Position numbers and translations under genes: made by a program. A DNA stretch of 64,000 bases, from positions 570,186-634,185 of the forward strand of contig NW_008246083.1 in the NCBI RefSeq assembly GCF_000281045.1. Direction: 5' to 3'. Positions 22,831 to 34,065 of the stretch are shown here, piece by piece. This stretch comes from Saprolegnia diclina VS20 (taxonomy: Eukaryota). The stretch's first letter is position 1. Every line of letters begins with the position of its first letter. The notes beneath the pieces were generated by a model. It was not told where the DNA came from. It searched no databases and saw only the letters and a list, made by a program, of their open reading frames with translations.

Positions 22831-23376
22831 TTAAGACACGAGGTCGGCGAGGTCGGCGAGGTCGATCGTGTCGAGGAAGCCACGGAGGTCGGCGCTGGAT
22901 ATTCGCGGACTCGGCATCGCATTTTGCTCTAGCGGCAGCGCATCCCATGCGGATCGCGATTCGTCGTCGTTGTTGCCCTCGTGCGGCGCGTCGGTCGATG
23001 AGGCCATGGTGCGGTGGCGCCAGCAGTAGCCGCCGCGCCGCGCGTGCGTTGCGCAGCCTGTGATGCGGCACTGTCGACCGCCGCCATGGCGCACACACTT
23101 GTGGCGCAAATGCGCGACGCGGTCGCAGCCAACGTGCGTGCACATTTCGGTGCGGACGGGCGCTTGCGCGTGCTGCGCGCAGTGCTGCGCGATGCGGGCG
23201 TTGCGGTGGCAGCCGTCGGCGGCACAGGTGCGCTTGCCGCCGTGGCGCACGCAGAGGTGGCGCGCGTAGACCTGATTGAAGCAGTGGGGCACTTGGCACT
23301 GCCGCCGGTGCTTGTGAAAGTCGCATTTCGTTGTCGACGTTGCATTATTACATCCATTGAAGATGCACGTCGCCAT
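22831..23376 (-). CDS. WRKY19-like CCCH zinc-finger repeat protein, copy 3
   Basis: MATCIFNGC..., FNQVYARHLCVRHGG, YCWRHR, acidic tail. Confidence 0.85.
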   Translation of the reverse strand: MATCIFNGCNNATSTTKCDFHKHRRQCQVPHCFNQVYARHLCVRHGGKRTCAADGCHRNARIAQHCAQHAQAPVRTEMCTHVGCDRVAHLRHKCVRHGGGRQCRITGCATHARRGGYCWRHRTMASSTDAPHEGNNDDESRSAWDALPLEQNAMPSPRISSADLRGFLDTIDLADLADLVS

Positions 23377-23880
23377 GGCAATTCGAGATTGGCCTCATGC
23401 CCGACTGACATAGCAGGACGCTCTCTCATGGGTTGTAGCTGGATTCACAGTTGGTCGACCTTGGACACAAATGATCGTCGAGACAAAAAGAGGACAAGTC
23501 ATCCATTACGCATTCCTAGTCCTCTCTAGTACCGACGTGCGACGAGACGACCCGTCCGTCGCAGTATGCAATCTTGTGGGTGCCGGCACCGACACCAGCG
23601 GTCAATGGCCCAAGCGGTAGACGCCACCGCGTCCGATGGACCCGACAAATCATCATCAGCCTTTCGATGCTTCAGTCGTGCTATGTCCAATTCTGCAACT
23701 GATGGCCCCGTCCCACTCTCTTGGGTTGTGAGAGTCCACTTTCCACTGTGGTGGATATGTACTTCGACTTCACCCATTTCAGATGTACTACTAGCAGTAG
23801 CAGTCAGTGCGCGCACGAGGTTGCGCTTCGTAACCTCGATCCAGTCGAATATCCAGATCTAGTATTCGTTACTAAAGTCC

Positions 23881-24885
23881 TTACGCAGGTGGGACGTCAG
23901 TGCGCTTGACATTGAGCGCGTCCAGTGCGGCAATGCGGTCCGGCTGCGTCTGTCGGCGTACGTACGGCATGGCCACGCCGAGCGCCAGCCCCCACGTCTC
24001 TTGCGGCCACTCGGTGTCGCCCACCGGCACCACAAAGCGGTGGGCAATGCGCGAATGGCCATACAGGCGGACGTACGTCGTCAGGGCGGCGAGCTTGAGG
24101 CGCCATGCCGATGCTCGCGGGTCCCACTCAAAGTCCGTGTGCGCCAATGTGGCCTTGTCCTTGTCGCTGGCTTCGTGCTTGCGCGAGCGCATGTAGCCGA
24201 CATGCTGTCCGAGCTTGAGACCGTGCATGGCGGTCGGCCACGCATCATCTTGCGGCACGACATAGTCCTTGTCGATGGCCGTGTGACCATGCAGGGCGTA
24301 ATAGTGGACGACGGCGTCGACCTTGAGGCGCCACGCGTGCTCGGGGTGGTCCCACACAAAGCCCATCGCATCAAGATCGTCGCGCCGGTCGGCCGACATG
24401 GACCGTCGTCGAAGATTGTCGACGGCGTACCCGAGCTGCAGGCCCCATACGTCTCGCGGATACGGCGCGCTGTGCGGAATCACATACAGGCTCGGCACAA
24501 GAAGATGACCATGCAGCGCCTTGAAGGTGTCAAGCGCCGCCAGCGTCAGCAGCCACCGATGCGCCCACGGGTTCCAGACGAAGCGAATGTCGTCCATGGT
24601 CGCAACAATGTCAAGCGCCAAATGGTTGCGCCGGTACGCCATGCGGAAGTGGCTAAAGTAGAGCTCGCGACCGCGGGCTTCGGCCGGCCACGGCGCTTCG
24701 TTGGGCACGAGGAAGACGCCGCGCGGGGGGCAGGTGTAGTCGGAGGTTGCGGCTGTGAGTTCGTGCAGCGCATGGGCTACGTTGGCGTACTGCTCTTGCG
24801 TTGCCAGCGACATCTTGTACGACATGGCGCTCGAGGCGAAGCTCGCCGTCGCGGGTCGGCGCACCAGCCGCAGCGTCCGAAGCAT
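23881..24885 (-). CDS. Helicase-associated (HA) domain repeat protein with predicted mitochondrial presequence
   Basis: Repeats W..L.AL..F...HGH..VP..YV.P....WP....GL.LG..V...R....LD.MGFVWD; Arg-rich N-terminus MLRTLRLVRRPATASFASS. Confidence 0.8.
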   Translation of the reverse strand: MLRTLRLVRRPATASFASSAMSYKMSLATQEQYANVAHALHELTAATSDYTCPPRGVFLVPNEAPWPAEARGRELYFSHFRMAYRRNHLALDIVATMDDIRFVWNPWAHRWLLTLAALDTFKALHGHLLVPSLYVIPHSAPYPRDVWGLQLGYAVDNLRRRSMSADRRDDLDAMGFVWDHPEHAWRLKVDAVVHYYALHGHTAIDKDYVVPQDDAWPTAMHGLKLGQHVGYMRSRKHEASDKDKATLAHTDFEWDPRASAWRLKLAALTTYVRLYGHSRIAHRFVVPVGDTEWPQETWGLALGVAMPYVRRQTQPDRIAALDALNVKRTDVPPA

Positions 24886-25105
24886 GGTCGAAGAGGAATT
24901 CCACGGCTGGCTCCAGCATCATCCGGATAACGCGGTCGTCCGGATGATCGGCCAGCGAGTACGTGGCACGACAGGAGCGAGGTATCACAGTACTAGTACT
25001 AGTACATGCTGTGACTGGTCAGCACCAGATACATAGGATAGAAAAGGCCCCAAAGGCCCGGTAGCCAACGATGGTGCAGATCTAACAATTGTCCACTACG
25101 CTTAA

Positions 25106-27152
25106 CTAGAGCTTCTCCTTGAAGGCGTCAAACGCTTGGTTGACGACGGTAAACACGTCTCTCGCCGCGACTTGCTGCGCGATGCTGCCGTTGTTGCGCA
25201 GCTTGTCGGGGTGAATGACTCGGATGACGAAGCGGTACGCCTTCTTGGCGCTATCGCCGCCGTCAATCTCGGGCGCCGTAATTGCACCCAGTGCGTCCAG
25301 ACCGAGACCGTTGAGCACATTGAGCTGGTTGAGCGTCGAGAGGAGCACAGTGAGGGACTTGCCCCGTGCCCACGCATTGATCGTCGCGTGGATATCGCGC
25401 TTGATGCGGTCCGTCTCCTCGGCTTGCTCTCGCTTCAATCGCTCTGCGTCCATATTGAGTGAGTTCCCAAGCGACACCCGACGTTTCCTACCGGCTTCGT
25501 GGAGTTCCTGGAGGCGTGCTTGCTGTCGACGATAGAGCTCGACGTCGGCGTCGGACGGTTCGGGCGGCAACGGAGGCGACACGACCACCTAGTACACGAT
25601 GACGCCTTGGGTCAAGCGACATCGACAAATGTACCGGCGGTGTTGGGTCGACAGGCTCACGCACCGGCACAGGTGGGGGTGGTGGCACGACGCCAGCACT
25701 CGGTGCCGGTGGGCTCGCTGGCACCACGGTCGGCGTCGGGACGGCGCCTGCAGGTTTTTGCAAATGCTTCATGCTGGAGGGTCGTTGGCGCGAGATCTAT
25801 ACCATGGCATCAAAGGGCGATCGATGATGATGGGACATCGTTGGCATACGCGCGTAAACTGGGCGCCCGTCACCGACGGCTTCTTCTGCTTGCGCTTCTT
25901 CTTGCTTTCCTTGGCTTCCTGCGCGAGCTGGGCCCATTCTTGCTCGTACACCTCTTGCCATCGGTTCTTCTCCTATGTCGTCCGCGTCAACAGCGACCGT
26001 CGATGATGCTGTTTGGACCTGGGCCTCGAGCGCTTCCTTCTCCCGCTTCTGCGCTTCCTTCTTGGCGCGCTTCTCCATGTACATGTTCATGCGCGACACG
26101 GTCGGCGGCACCTTGGGCTCGTGGGCGCTCGGTGGCTTGGACTCGGTGTGGCTACGTCGATCACCGGTCGTCGCTGTGTCTTCCCGATCATCCTCGTCGT
26201 CCTCGTCATTGTCCAGAGCGTCGTCTTCCGCGTCATCGGTCGAGTGCATCTCGACCACAGGCGGTGACGGGCGAGCCTCTCGTGGCAAGGGCGGAGGCAT
26301 GGGCACGGGTCCTTTGTCACTGTCACTCGCGTCATCGACTTCGTCGTCATCGTCGTCACTGCTGCCAAGGAGGCTGTCGCTGGATTCGTCGTCGTCGTCT
26401 TCCGACTGGACGTGCACCGTGAACATCTGTGGTCGCGTGGTCGTGACAGGCGTCGGGGCGACAACCTCTTCCTTGGGCTTGGCCTTGGACCAGAGTTTGC
26501 CGAGCAGTGAGGATGCGGACGCCGACTTGGTCGTTGGCGAGATGGGTAGAGGCGTAAAGTGGGCTTTTGATTTCCATTCCTCGATCTGACGCAAGAGCGA
26601 CGCCCGCTCGAGAAGCCACGTCTGCTCGTCGCGCCCGCGAAGGGCGTTTTCTTCGAGCACCTGCGCCGTCAGCGTTGCGACCTGAGCCTGGAGCGACTGG
26701 ACGAGGTCTTTGGCGTTCTGGAGCTGTCGATTCCGTTTCTCGATCTTGGCGTTGGCACTGCCGAGCTGCAAGCTGAGCTGCGCGACATCGGCCTTGAAGG
26801 CGTTGGCGAGCGTCGTCGCTTCCAGCACCTGCGCCTGCAACGTCTCGAGATGCGCCTTCTTGCGGAGCTGTCGCTCCTTGATCGACTGCTGCAGCTGCTC
26901 CAGGGGCAACCCATCGTGGTCGTTCTCGTCGTCGTGGTCGTCGAAGAGACCTTTGCGGCTGTCGCTGCCACCTTTGCTGTCGCGGCCCTTGTCGTTGCGC
27001 GTGAGGCCACGCTCGGCGTCCTCGTCCGAGCTGTCGAAGAGGCTGTTGCGGTTGCTCTTCCGGCGGCGCGACGACGTGCTCTCTACGCCAAGTCGCATGA
27101 GCCATCGTCATCGCCGGCCGATGCCACGAGGTAGCGTACTCGTCGGGTCCAT
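25106..27152 (-). CDS. Coiled-coil protein with C-terminal auxilin-like J domain, multi-exon
   Basis: Short first exon MDPT (ATG 27152), long coiled coil, acidic/Pro-rich linker, last exon WARGKSL...KKAYRFVIRVIHPDKL with HPD motif. Confidence 0.75.
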
Positions 27153-27470
27153 CGTCGTGCGCCGGCCCTCGCGTCAATGATCCCGTATCTCGGACTGCAC
27201 AATCGGGCGCTGGAATCGGGGATGTCCGAATTTCAATTTAATTCGTAGTCCAATGTACACTAATGTTCATTATGAAATATTAATAACACAGTATCGCTAG
27301 GCGTTCTGAACACACTCAACTTTTACCGAAAATACAAGAATCGTTGCATAGTATTTTATAGCAGAGTACGGTGCGATTAGACATTACTCAGAGTGATGAT
27401 CGTACTTGCAGGAACTGGTCCTTATTGGAGCCCTCGTTTCAGGACCCCAGCCTGGTTTTCATTTCTAGCG

Positions 27471-28163
27471 ATGGCACCGCGCTGTCTTGTGCACCGGCTC
27501 GGCGTGGTCGGGTACCGCCAAGCCTGGGCATGGCAGCAGCAGCTGCTCAAGGAGCGCTTCCGCGCAGCCGAGGCGCCGATGGACGTCTGTCTCATGCTTC
27601 AGCACCCGCCCGTGTATACGCTCGGGCGCGGCGCGTCGCTCGCCAACGTCAAGTTTGACCCGGCCAAGGAGACAGCGTTTGAGCTCATCAAGGTCGACCG
27701 CGGAGGCGAGGTCACGCACCACGCGCCGGGCCAGCTCGTGGTCTATCCGATCTTCAACCTGACGCGCGACCCGTTCAAGAAGGATTTGCACTGGTACCTC
27801 CGGCAGGTCGAAGAGGTGGTCATTGAGACGCTGGGCGCCTTTGACATAGCGGGCGAGCGCGTCGATGGCCTCACGGGCGTGTGGGTGCCCGACGCGCGCC
27901 ACGCCTTTCCGAAGAGCAAGATCGCGGCCGTCGGTACGCATGCGAGCAAGTGGATCACGATGCATGGCTTCGCGCTCAACGTGACGACGGACCTCGCCGG
28001 CTTTGAGCGCATCGTGCCCTGTGGCCTCGAGGACAAGGCGGTCTCTAGCATCCAAGAGTTCCATCCGACTGTTCGCATGGTCGACGTCGAAGACGCCGTC
28101 CTCGCGGCCATGCAGCGCGTCTTCCAGATCGAGCTCGAGACGTCGACGGCGGCGCCATACTAG
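27471..28163 (+). CDS. lipB: Lipoyl(octanoyl) transferase
   Basis: QHPPVYTLGR, DRGGEVTHHAPGQLVVYP, KIAAVG, ITMHGFALNV, IVPCG. Confidence 0.95.
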   Translation: MAPRCLVHRLGVVGYRQAWAWQQQLLKERFRAAEAPMDVCLMLQHPPVYTLGRGASLANVKFDPAKETAFELIKVDRGGEVTHHAPGQLVVYPIFNLTRDPFKKDLHWYLRQVEEVVIETLGAFDIAGERVDGLTGVWVPDARHAFPKSKIAAVGTHASKWITMHGFALNVTTDLAGFERIVPCGLEDKAVSSIQEFHPTVRMVDVEDAVLAAMQRVFQIELETSTAAPY

Positions 28164-28635
28164 GCCACCTTTTCCACCACTCGCATCGCGCCCTGCCCCA
28201 TAGACGAATTGGATTGGTGATAATAGAGAACATTTCCACCAATCGGAGAGCTATGACACGTCCGCGCGAAGACAAGGCCGCGATCGACAGCGGAGGACGA
28301 CGTGCATTTTTCAGCCGCCACGATGACGTCATGCCATTCACTCTACGCACTATGGACCGTCCTCTTAGTATCTTGCTCCCGCGAGCTGCTGCCCCGCGAC
28401 GAGGTACTGTAAGGTAAAATGTGACCCTCGAGGAATGACGCTATTGGCGGTTTAAACTACGTGCTATGGTTACGATGCTAGTCATCACTACGTTTTTCAA
28501 TCGGCCTCGTCTTCGTACAGGAGCAGACAACTGAGAACGAGCTCCAAGAAATAGCCAAGGACTCGGTCCAAGAGCACATGCACATACCTTCAAGATTCTT
28601 GTGCAAGATCGCTACGTGTGTTGGTCGGTCTTGCG

Positions 28636-28760
28636 ATTGGTTGAAATGAATGGATGCGCGGCATATGATTGGACAAAATCAATGCAATCAGGCACGTGAT
28701 TGGCAGTTGCGAGACAGGCGGGTTTGTGAGCCGCCACGAACAGTGCCATTCCCGATTTGC
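28636..28760 (+). promoter_or_regulatory. Phased triple CCAAT boxes plus INR/FPR upstream of RING-CH copy 1
   Basis: ATTGG at 28636, 28668 and 28699; GCCATTCCCGATTTG near 28745. Confidence 0.55.
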
Positions 28761-28782
28761 CAGTCCCCTCCAACGACAAACC

Positions 28783-29409
28783 ATGACGAAGGACGCCGTG
28801 TGCTACATGTGCTGGAGCTCGACGTCGCCGTCCGAGCTCATCGCCCCGTGCGCGTGCACAAGCTACGTCCACCGCGACTGCCTCGAGCGATGGCGCGCCA
28901 CGTCGTCGACTGCCGACGCCCCGACGCACTGCCCCACATGCCGCATGCGCTATGTGCTCGACGGCCCGCCAGCGCTACTTCTATGGGTCCTCGGCCATGG
29001 CCGCCTTTACATTGCAGTGGCTGTCCTGCTCGTCTTGGGCCTTCAGGCGCTGCTTCTGTGGCAGCTCGACGTGTACGCCGGGCATCCCCTTGCCGCAGAC
29101 GCCAGTGGCGCCAAAGCGACGCTCGTGTACGTTGGCGCCAGTGCGGGCTTGCTGCTCGTTCTCTGCGGTGCGATCTTGGTCCGCGCAGCTCAATCGCACT
29201 TGATCTGGGAGCGTCATCCGGACCAGTCGCTCCTCGACGCACTTTTGCAGCACGTCATTTTGCTCGTTCTGGTCGTGGGTGGCGTCGGGTGCTTTCTCAT
29301 CTACCTCGTGGGCTCGGGCCAAGTCGACATCCTCGCACCACTCAAAGCGCGCGTGCTCGCCCACTGCGACCAACGCATTCGCAACCTGCGACCGCTTCGA
29401 TACAACTAA
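28783..29409 (+). CDS. RING-CH (MARCH-like) membrane E3 ligase, copy 1
   Basis: CYMC..PCAC..YVHRDCLERW..CPTC followed by about 3 TM helices. Confidence 0.85.
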   Translation: MTKDAVCYMCWSSTSPSELIAPCACTSYVHRDCLERWRATSSTADAPTHCPTCRMRYVLDGPPALLLWVLGHGRLYIAVAVLLVLGLQALLLWQLDVYAGHPLAADASGAKATLVYVGASAGLLLVLCGAILVRAAQSHLIWERHPDQSLLDALLQHVILLVLVVGGVGCFLIYLVGSGQVDILAPLKARVLAHCDQRIRNLRPLRYN

Positions 29410-30293
29410 ATGCACCAGACTACTATTTAGCGCAAATTATCTCTCCAAATGCAAATTTCCTCATCCTACCACCATCGGCGGACTCTACATACTGCGTGCA
29501 GCTCTGCGTGCAGCTAGGTAACTGCATGCAACCACGAAAGATGCGTCAACCATGAACAGTGTGACAAGCTGCGTCAAAGCGTCGATTGGGAGCTGGTTGG
29601 TCTAGAGTATCGGGTTCAATGCCATCGCTTCGGACGCATCCCGCTGTGTGCAAACCTATGTGGTATTACATCGAGAGCTGTCGACACAGCCAATGCGAAG
29701 GCGCAAGGGCCATCGTCGACTCTACCTCCGCGGCCCCAGAGCCACCTCCTGTCTCGTGTGAGCAGCCGCGCAAACAGGCCTGCATGCCCCTGTAGCGAGC
29801 AACGGTCTTCACCATGCAAAGAGAAGAAACTCGCAGCGTCCTTGCTCCCATTCTGTGGTTCACGTCACCTCAATGTGGACACTCGAAGGCGAATAGGTAG
29901 ACCTTTGCACGAATACTCGTGCGACCGGTCGGCGCTCCTCACATTCTTGATGCAGTTGTCAAGCCTGCATTGTAGGCTTGACAACTGCATCAAAAAATAT
30001 GAGCGCCATCAACCTCTGGCATTCCATATCCTCTATCAAAACGTAGCGAAATATTTCTTTGGATACAGTAAACGATACACTTAACACTGTCATATTGAAT
30101 ACATCTATTAAATACATCCTTTTACCCGGTATTAAATGAGGTGCCCAACGTGAACATGGCCAACTCGACCAGTGTACAGGCGTCGTGACATGCACAAAAT
30201 TCGCAACGTGGCTTTGTGTACGGTCGTCAACGTCACCGATTGTAACAGGAACTGGAATCGCGATAGCTCAAAAATCAATTCGCGCTTGACCTT

Positions 30294-30863
30294 ATGCCCG
30301 ACGAGCCGACGTGCTACATGTGCTGGGAGTCCGCCGACCTCATGGCGTCGCCGTGCGCATGTACAACGCATGTTCACCGCGCGTGTCTTGCCCAGTGGCA
30401 GCTCACATCGTCCCGCCATGACGCCACGACGCACTGCCCCACATGCAGGACTCCATTCCATACCACGCGCTTTGAGCGCGTCATCCTTCGCCCGGCCATC
30501 GCCTCTCTTCAGTCGATCACATGCGTCTCGATCAGCGCAGTAGCCTTTACGACGATCGCTGGTGTCGCGCTCGTTGCTGCTCAAATGGACGCGTGTGTCG
30601 GTGCTCGGCTCGCGACTGCAGTGTTTGGGACGCCCGTCAAGGGCTTCCGCGCCGCGTTCTTGTACGTGGCGTGCAGTCTCAGTCTCGTGGCCGCGCTCAT
30701 TGGCTATATCTTGGTGTCGCTGCTTCCGGCGACGCTGTTGTGGCATAGCACAGTCACCCTGGGCGCCGGGAGTGTAACCACTCTCGCGTATGTGGGGTGG
30801 CGCGACCGGCAAGCTTCGATCCAGAAGGCGCCGACTGAGGTCAAGACACCAGCGCGCATCTGA
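30294..30863 (+). CDS. RING-CH membrane E3 ligase, copy 2
   Basis: CYMC..PCAC..HVHRACLAQW..CPTC plus TM helices. Confidence 0.8.
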   Translation: MPDEPTCYMCWESADLMASPCACTTHVHRACLAQWQLTSSRHDATTHCPTCRTPFHTTRFERVILRPAIASLQSITCVSISAVAFTTIAGVALVAAQMDACVGARLATAVFGTPVKGFRAAFLYVACSLSLVAALIGYILVSLLPATLLWHSTVTLGAGSVTTLAYVGWRDRQASIQKAPTEVKTPARI

Positions 30864-31047
30864 CGAGCCTCTATTTAAGCCTCGTCCAACTACAGTTTGT
30901 ACTTATGTGCGATGACGCGAGATTCGATAGCTGTGACGCGCGTCTGTCAGAAACTCACTGGTTCAGGCTGAGAAGTCGATGCGACGTAGCAAAAAGGCAA
31001 TATGGTATTGGTTGGCGCGGTGAAGATGACAATGACTAGCGAGCCGA

Positions 31048-31896
31048 CTAGACCATTGTAGCGACGTGGCTCGTCGCTGGAATTGGCCGCAGGTTCACCA
31101 CCTGGCGGTAGCGCACTTCGACAGCGCGGACGCGGCGCTGGCCGATGCGGTTCACGGTGCTGCCAAATGCGCCGACGATCGCCATGAGCATCATGTAGAG
31201 ACCGACAAAGATAAAGAGAACGAGGACAAAGACGAGGATGAAGGCCCCGGCGTCACCACCGCAGTCGCCACCACCGCAGTCGCAATCGTAGTACCCCGGG
31301 CAGTAGCAGTTCGTGGCCGGGTCGCGGCAGCCAAGCACACAGAGGCTGATGATGGCAACGGCCCCAATAATGAAGGCCGTGAGGGCAAGGCTGGTGAGGA
31401 AGTACACGAGGAGTCGCGGGCAGCTCTTGAGCCCGACCGTGTCGTAGATCTGGCCGTCCATACCGTTCCAGTTCAAGTGGAACGACTTGGGCGTACCGCG
31501 GTCGATGAGCCAGATGATGCAGCTACCGAGAAAGACGACGCCAAGCACGAAGAGAAAGCGAAGCAGCTGCGCCTTGCGCATCAAGCGCTTGTACTCGGCC
31601 TCTTCGCCCGACTCGAGGAAGGCGAACGCTTCACCGCAGGTACCGCAATGCGTCATGGCATTGGGCATCCGGGACGAGACGCGAAGCGTGTCCAGGCAGT
31701 CACGGTGGATGTACGTGGCGCACGCGCACGGTGCAATGAGCTCGGTCGCCGACCGCTCCGGTCCATTGCCGTCGTCGAGGCAGTAGAAGCAGCAGTACGG
31801 GCTCGATGGCAGCACCGGGATGGCCTCGTCGCTCGCAGGCGCCGACGCGGCGACGGTCACGACGACGGCGTCCGCGGTCTTGGCTGGCAGCTCCAT
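31048..31896 (-). CDS. RING-CH membrane E3 ligase, copy 3
   Basis: CFYC..PCAC..YIHRDC..CGTC, three TM helices, Cys/Gly/Asp loop (CDCGGGDCGGD). Confidence 0.85.
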   Translation of the reverse strand: MELPAKTADAVVVTVAASAPASDEAIPVLPSSPYCCFYCLDDGNGPERSATELIAPCACATYIHRDCLDTLRVSSRMPNAMTHCGTCGEAFAFLESGEEAEYKRLMRKAQLLRFLFVLGVVFLGSCIIWLIDRGTPKSFHLNWNGMDGQIYDTVGLKSCPRLLVYFLTSLALTAFIIGAVAIISLCVLGCRDPATNCYCPGYYDCDCGGGDCGGDAGAFILVFVLVLFIFVGLYMMLMAIVGAFGSTVNRIGQRRVRAVEVRYRQVVNLRPIPATSHVATMV

Positions 31897-32723
31897 CCTC
31901 ACGGGCGATGGTTGGGATGTTCGAAAATGGCTTTTCCAAAGAACCGTTCTGCGATCCTCGCGTGGGAAACTCGAATTACCACCCAAAAAACACGCGTGTG
32001 AAACGCACAAACTCGTTTTCATTATGCGTGATTTTCGATGTGCACGTGTGCGACGCGTTGCACACGCGAGATATTCACTTTTGGACGTCGACAACACGAC
32101 GAATTCATGAAATTTAGGTTGTCAAATCGGAGGGTTTGTCACTTAGTTTGGTTGCTCAAACTCGCGAAGAGCCATCCGCGCCACTGGTTTGCGAATATCT
32201 TTGTGATAGTTTGGACCATCCCTGCTTGAAGCACGAGCCAACTGGAGGCCGAGCTTGCAACTTCCGACCCTTTTCTGCTGCCGACAGCTGTGTAAGTGCG
32301 AGACAACCAAGCCTACGTCCTCATGCAGTGTACGTTCACTCCAGTGTAAACGCAAGTGCTCTCAACAAAGACGACTCTCGTCAGCACCGCGCTCCTCATC
32401 GATTCGCTCAGCGTTCCTGCTCTTATATTATGCCACGTCATCAATCAGCTCGAAACCGCCCTGCGTGCGATTGCCATTCCCGCCCAATGCGTAAACTAGG
32501 GAGTATTTTGCTCGCTGCGAGTTGTCTGCGAGAAGCCCCCACCATACAAGTCAGAGAGGATGATGAGAGAAACAACAATCACTTTAGTAGATTGCAGTAG
32601 TACTCGTCGCTCTGGCATGGGCGTACAGGCTGTCGATAGGTGTCTTTGAAAAGGTCTTGCAGTCAAAGTGGACGACTTGTCAACCACGTCTTCCGTTCCT
32701 TGAACGTCCTTGGGCGCCTGGCT

Positions 32724-33458
32724 CTACGCTAGACTAACGTCGGCGCCGTCGACCACCTCTCGCCGGTCTTGGACGTGACGGTACTGGACTTGGACCTTGT
32801 AGATGCGGCTTGTGGCACCAACGCTAGCTGCCGCGCCAAGCACGCCGGTCAGCGCCATGAGCACCATGTAGAGACCGACGAGGCGCATCGAGCCAATGAC
32901 AAGGACAATCAAACACAGAGCAAAGATCGTGACACCGTGGCGACCGCACCGACGGTTGCACGCGTTGATGCAGCGCTCGATCGTCGGCGAGAGCAGGAGG
33001 CAGCCCAGGAAGAGGCCCATCGCGATCGCCGTAAAGACAAGGCTGATGACAAAATGGGCCACGAAGCGCGGACAGCATATCGACGCGAGCCACTCGTTGA
33101 GCGCGCGATCCTCGTCGGTCCATGCGTTCCGGTACTTTTTGGCCGTGCTCTCCTCGACACAGTAGATCATGACGCACCCGAACGTCACGGCAAGGAGCAC
33201 AGCGAGTACGCGGAGCAGCTGCGCAAGGCGGAGGCGGCGCGTGTACTCGGCCGCTTCAGCAGGCAATTCGTACAAATCGTACGCGTCGCCACAGGCCTTG
33301 CAGTGCGTCACTGCGGACGCGTTGAGGACGCGACGCGCGGCCAAGCAGTCGCGGTGGACGTACGACGCGCAGCTGCAGGGCGCAATGAGGTCGGTCGTCG
33401 AACGTCGGTAGCAGCGCAGGCACTCGAGCGGAAGCGACGTCCTAGTCATCGTCTCCAT
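32724..33458 (-). CDS. RING-CH membrane E3 ligase, copy 4
   Basis: CLRC..PCSC..YVHRDC..CKAC plus TM helices; clear paralog of copy 3 (AEY.R.(M/L)R.AQLLR). Confidence 0.8.
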   Translation of the reverse strand: METMTRTSLPLECLRCYRRSTTDLIAPCSCASYVHRDCLAARRVLNASAVTHCKACGDAYDLYELPAEAAEYTRRLRLAQLLRVLAVLLAVTFGCVMIYCVEESTAKKYRNAWTDEDRALNEWLASICCPRFVAHFVISLVFTAIAMGLFLGCLLLSPTIERCINACNRRCGRHGVTIFALCLIVLVIGSMRLVGLYMVLMALTGVLGAAASVGATSRIYKVQVQYRHVQDRREVVDGADVSLA

Positions 33459-34065
33459 AACGCCGAGCAAACTAAACTTCAAAGTGACGCTATCAGAGCG
33501 ATAGCCTTTCCGGCCGCACTTAGCCGTCACGCTCTTCCATCTGGAGCTGGACTTGCGGTTTGCTGAGCCAAAGGAATGTCACTTTGAGTGTACTACTGTC
33601 TGTTGGGTGTGGGTTGTTTTGTACTCTCTAAATGACTTGTATATTGCATGAAGCCAGTAGCTCCTTATAACAGTCCCGTCCTTCGTTGCCCCTCGACACA
33701 GCCTCCATCGCTTAGACAGTGTACACGGCTCCTTCTTTCTACATACAGCGCGCCATCGATATCTTGGACCATGTTGCCGTCAAAGTCGCTACATGTGAGC
33801 TTTTCGTCCTCACACAATTCCTCACTGATAACGACCGGCTGGATGGGCTTGCATCCACATCTAAATACGCCATCTGGAGCACAAGCCGCGGCAGGCTGGA
33901 GAGCGAACCAGTGCTGCGTGCTTGCTAGCCAAGGGATTTGATTTATATCCCTTGTTGCTAGCTGTGCTTGCGGTTGTGGTTGTCCGACACTCCTGGCGGT
34001 GGCTCTCGCAAGTGGATCTGGATACCCCAATAGTGGATACCCTCTGTCGTTTGAAGCAGTTTAGC

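Noticed and set aside
25106..25120. C-terminal EKL on the J-domain protein as a peroxisomal signal
   Set aside because: Glu at position -3 does not fit the PTS1 consensus.
33665..33945. Cys-rich minus-strand ORF after the coiled-coil gene
   Set aside because: Could not be joined confidently as an exon or given a start codon; no family recognised.
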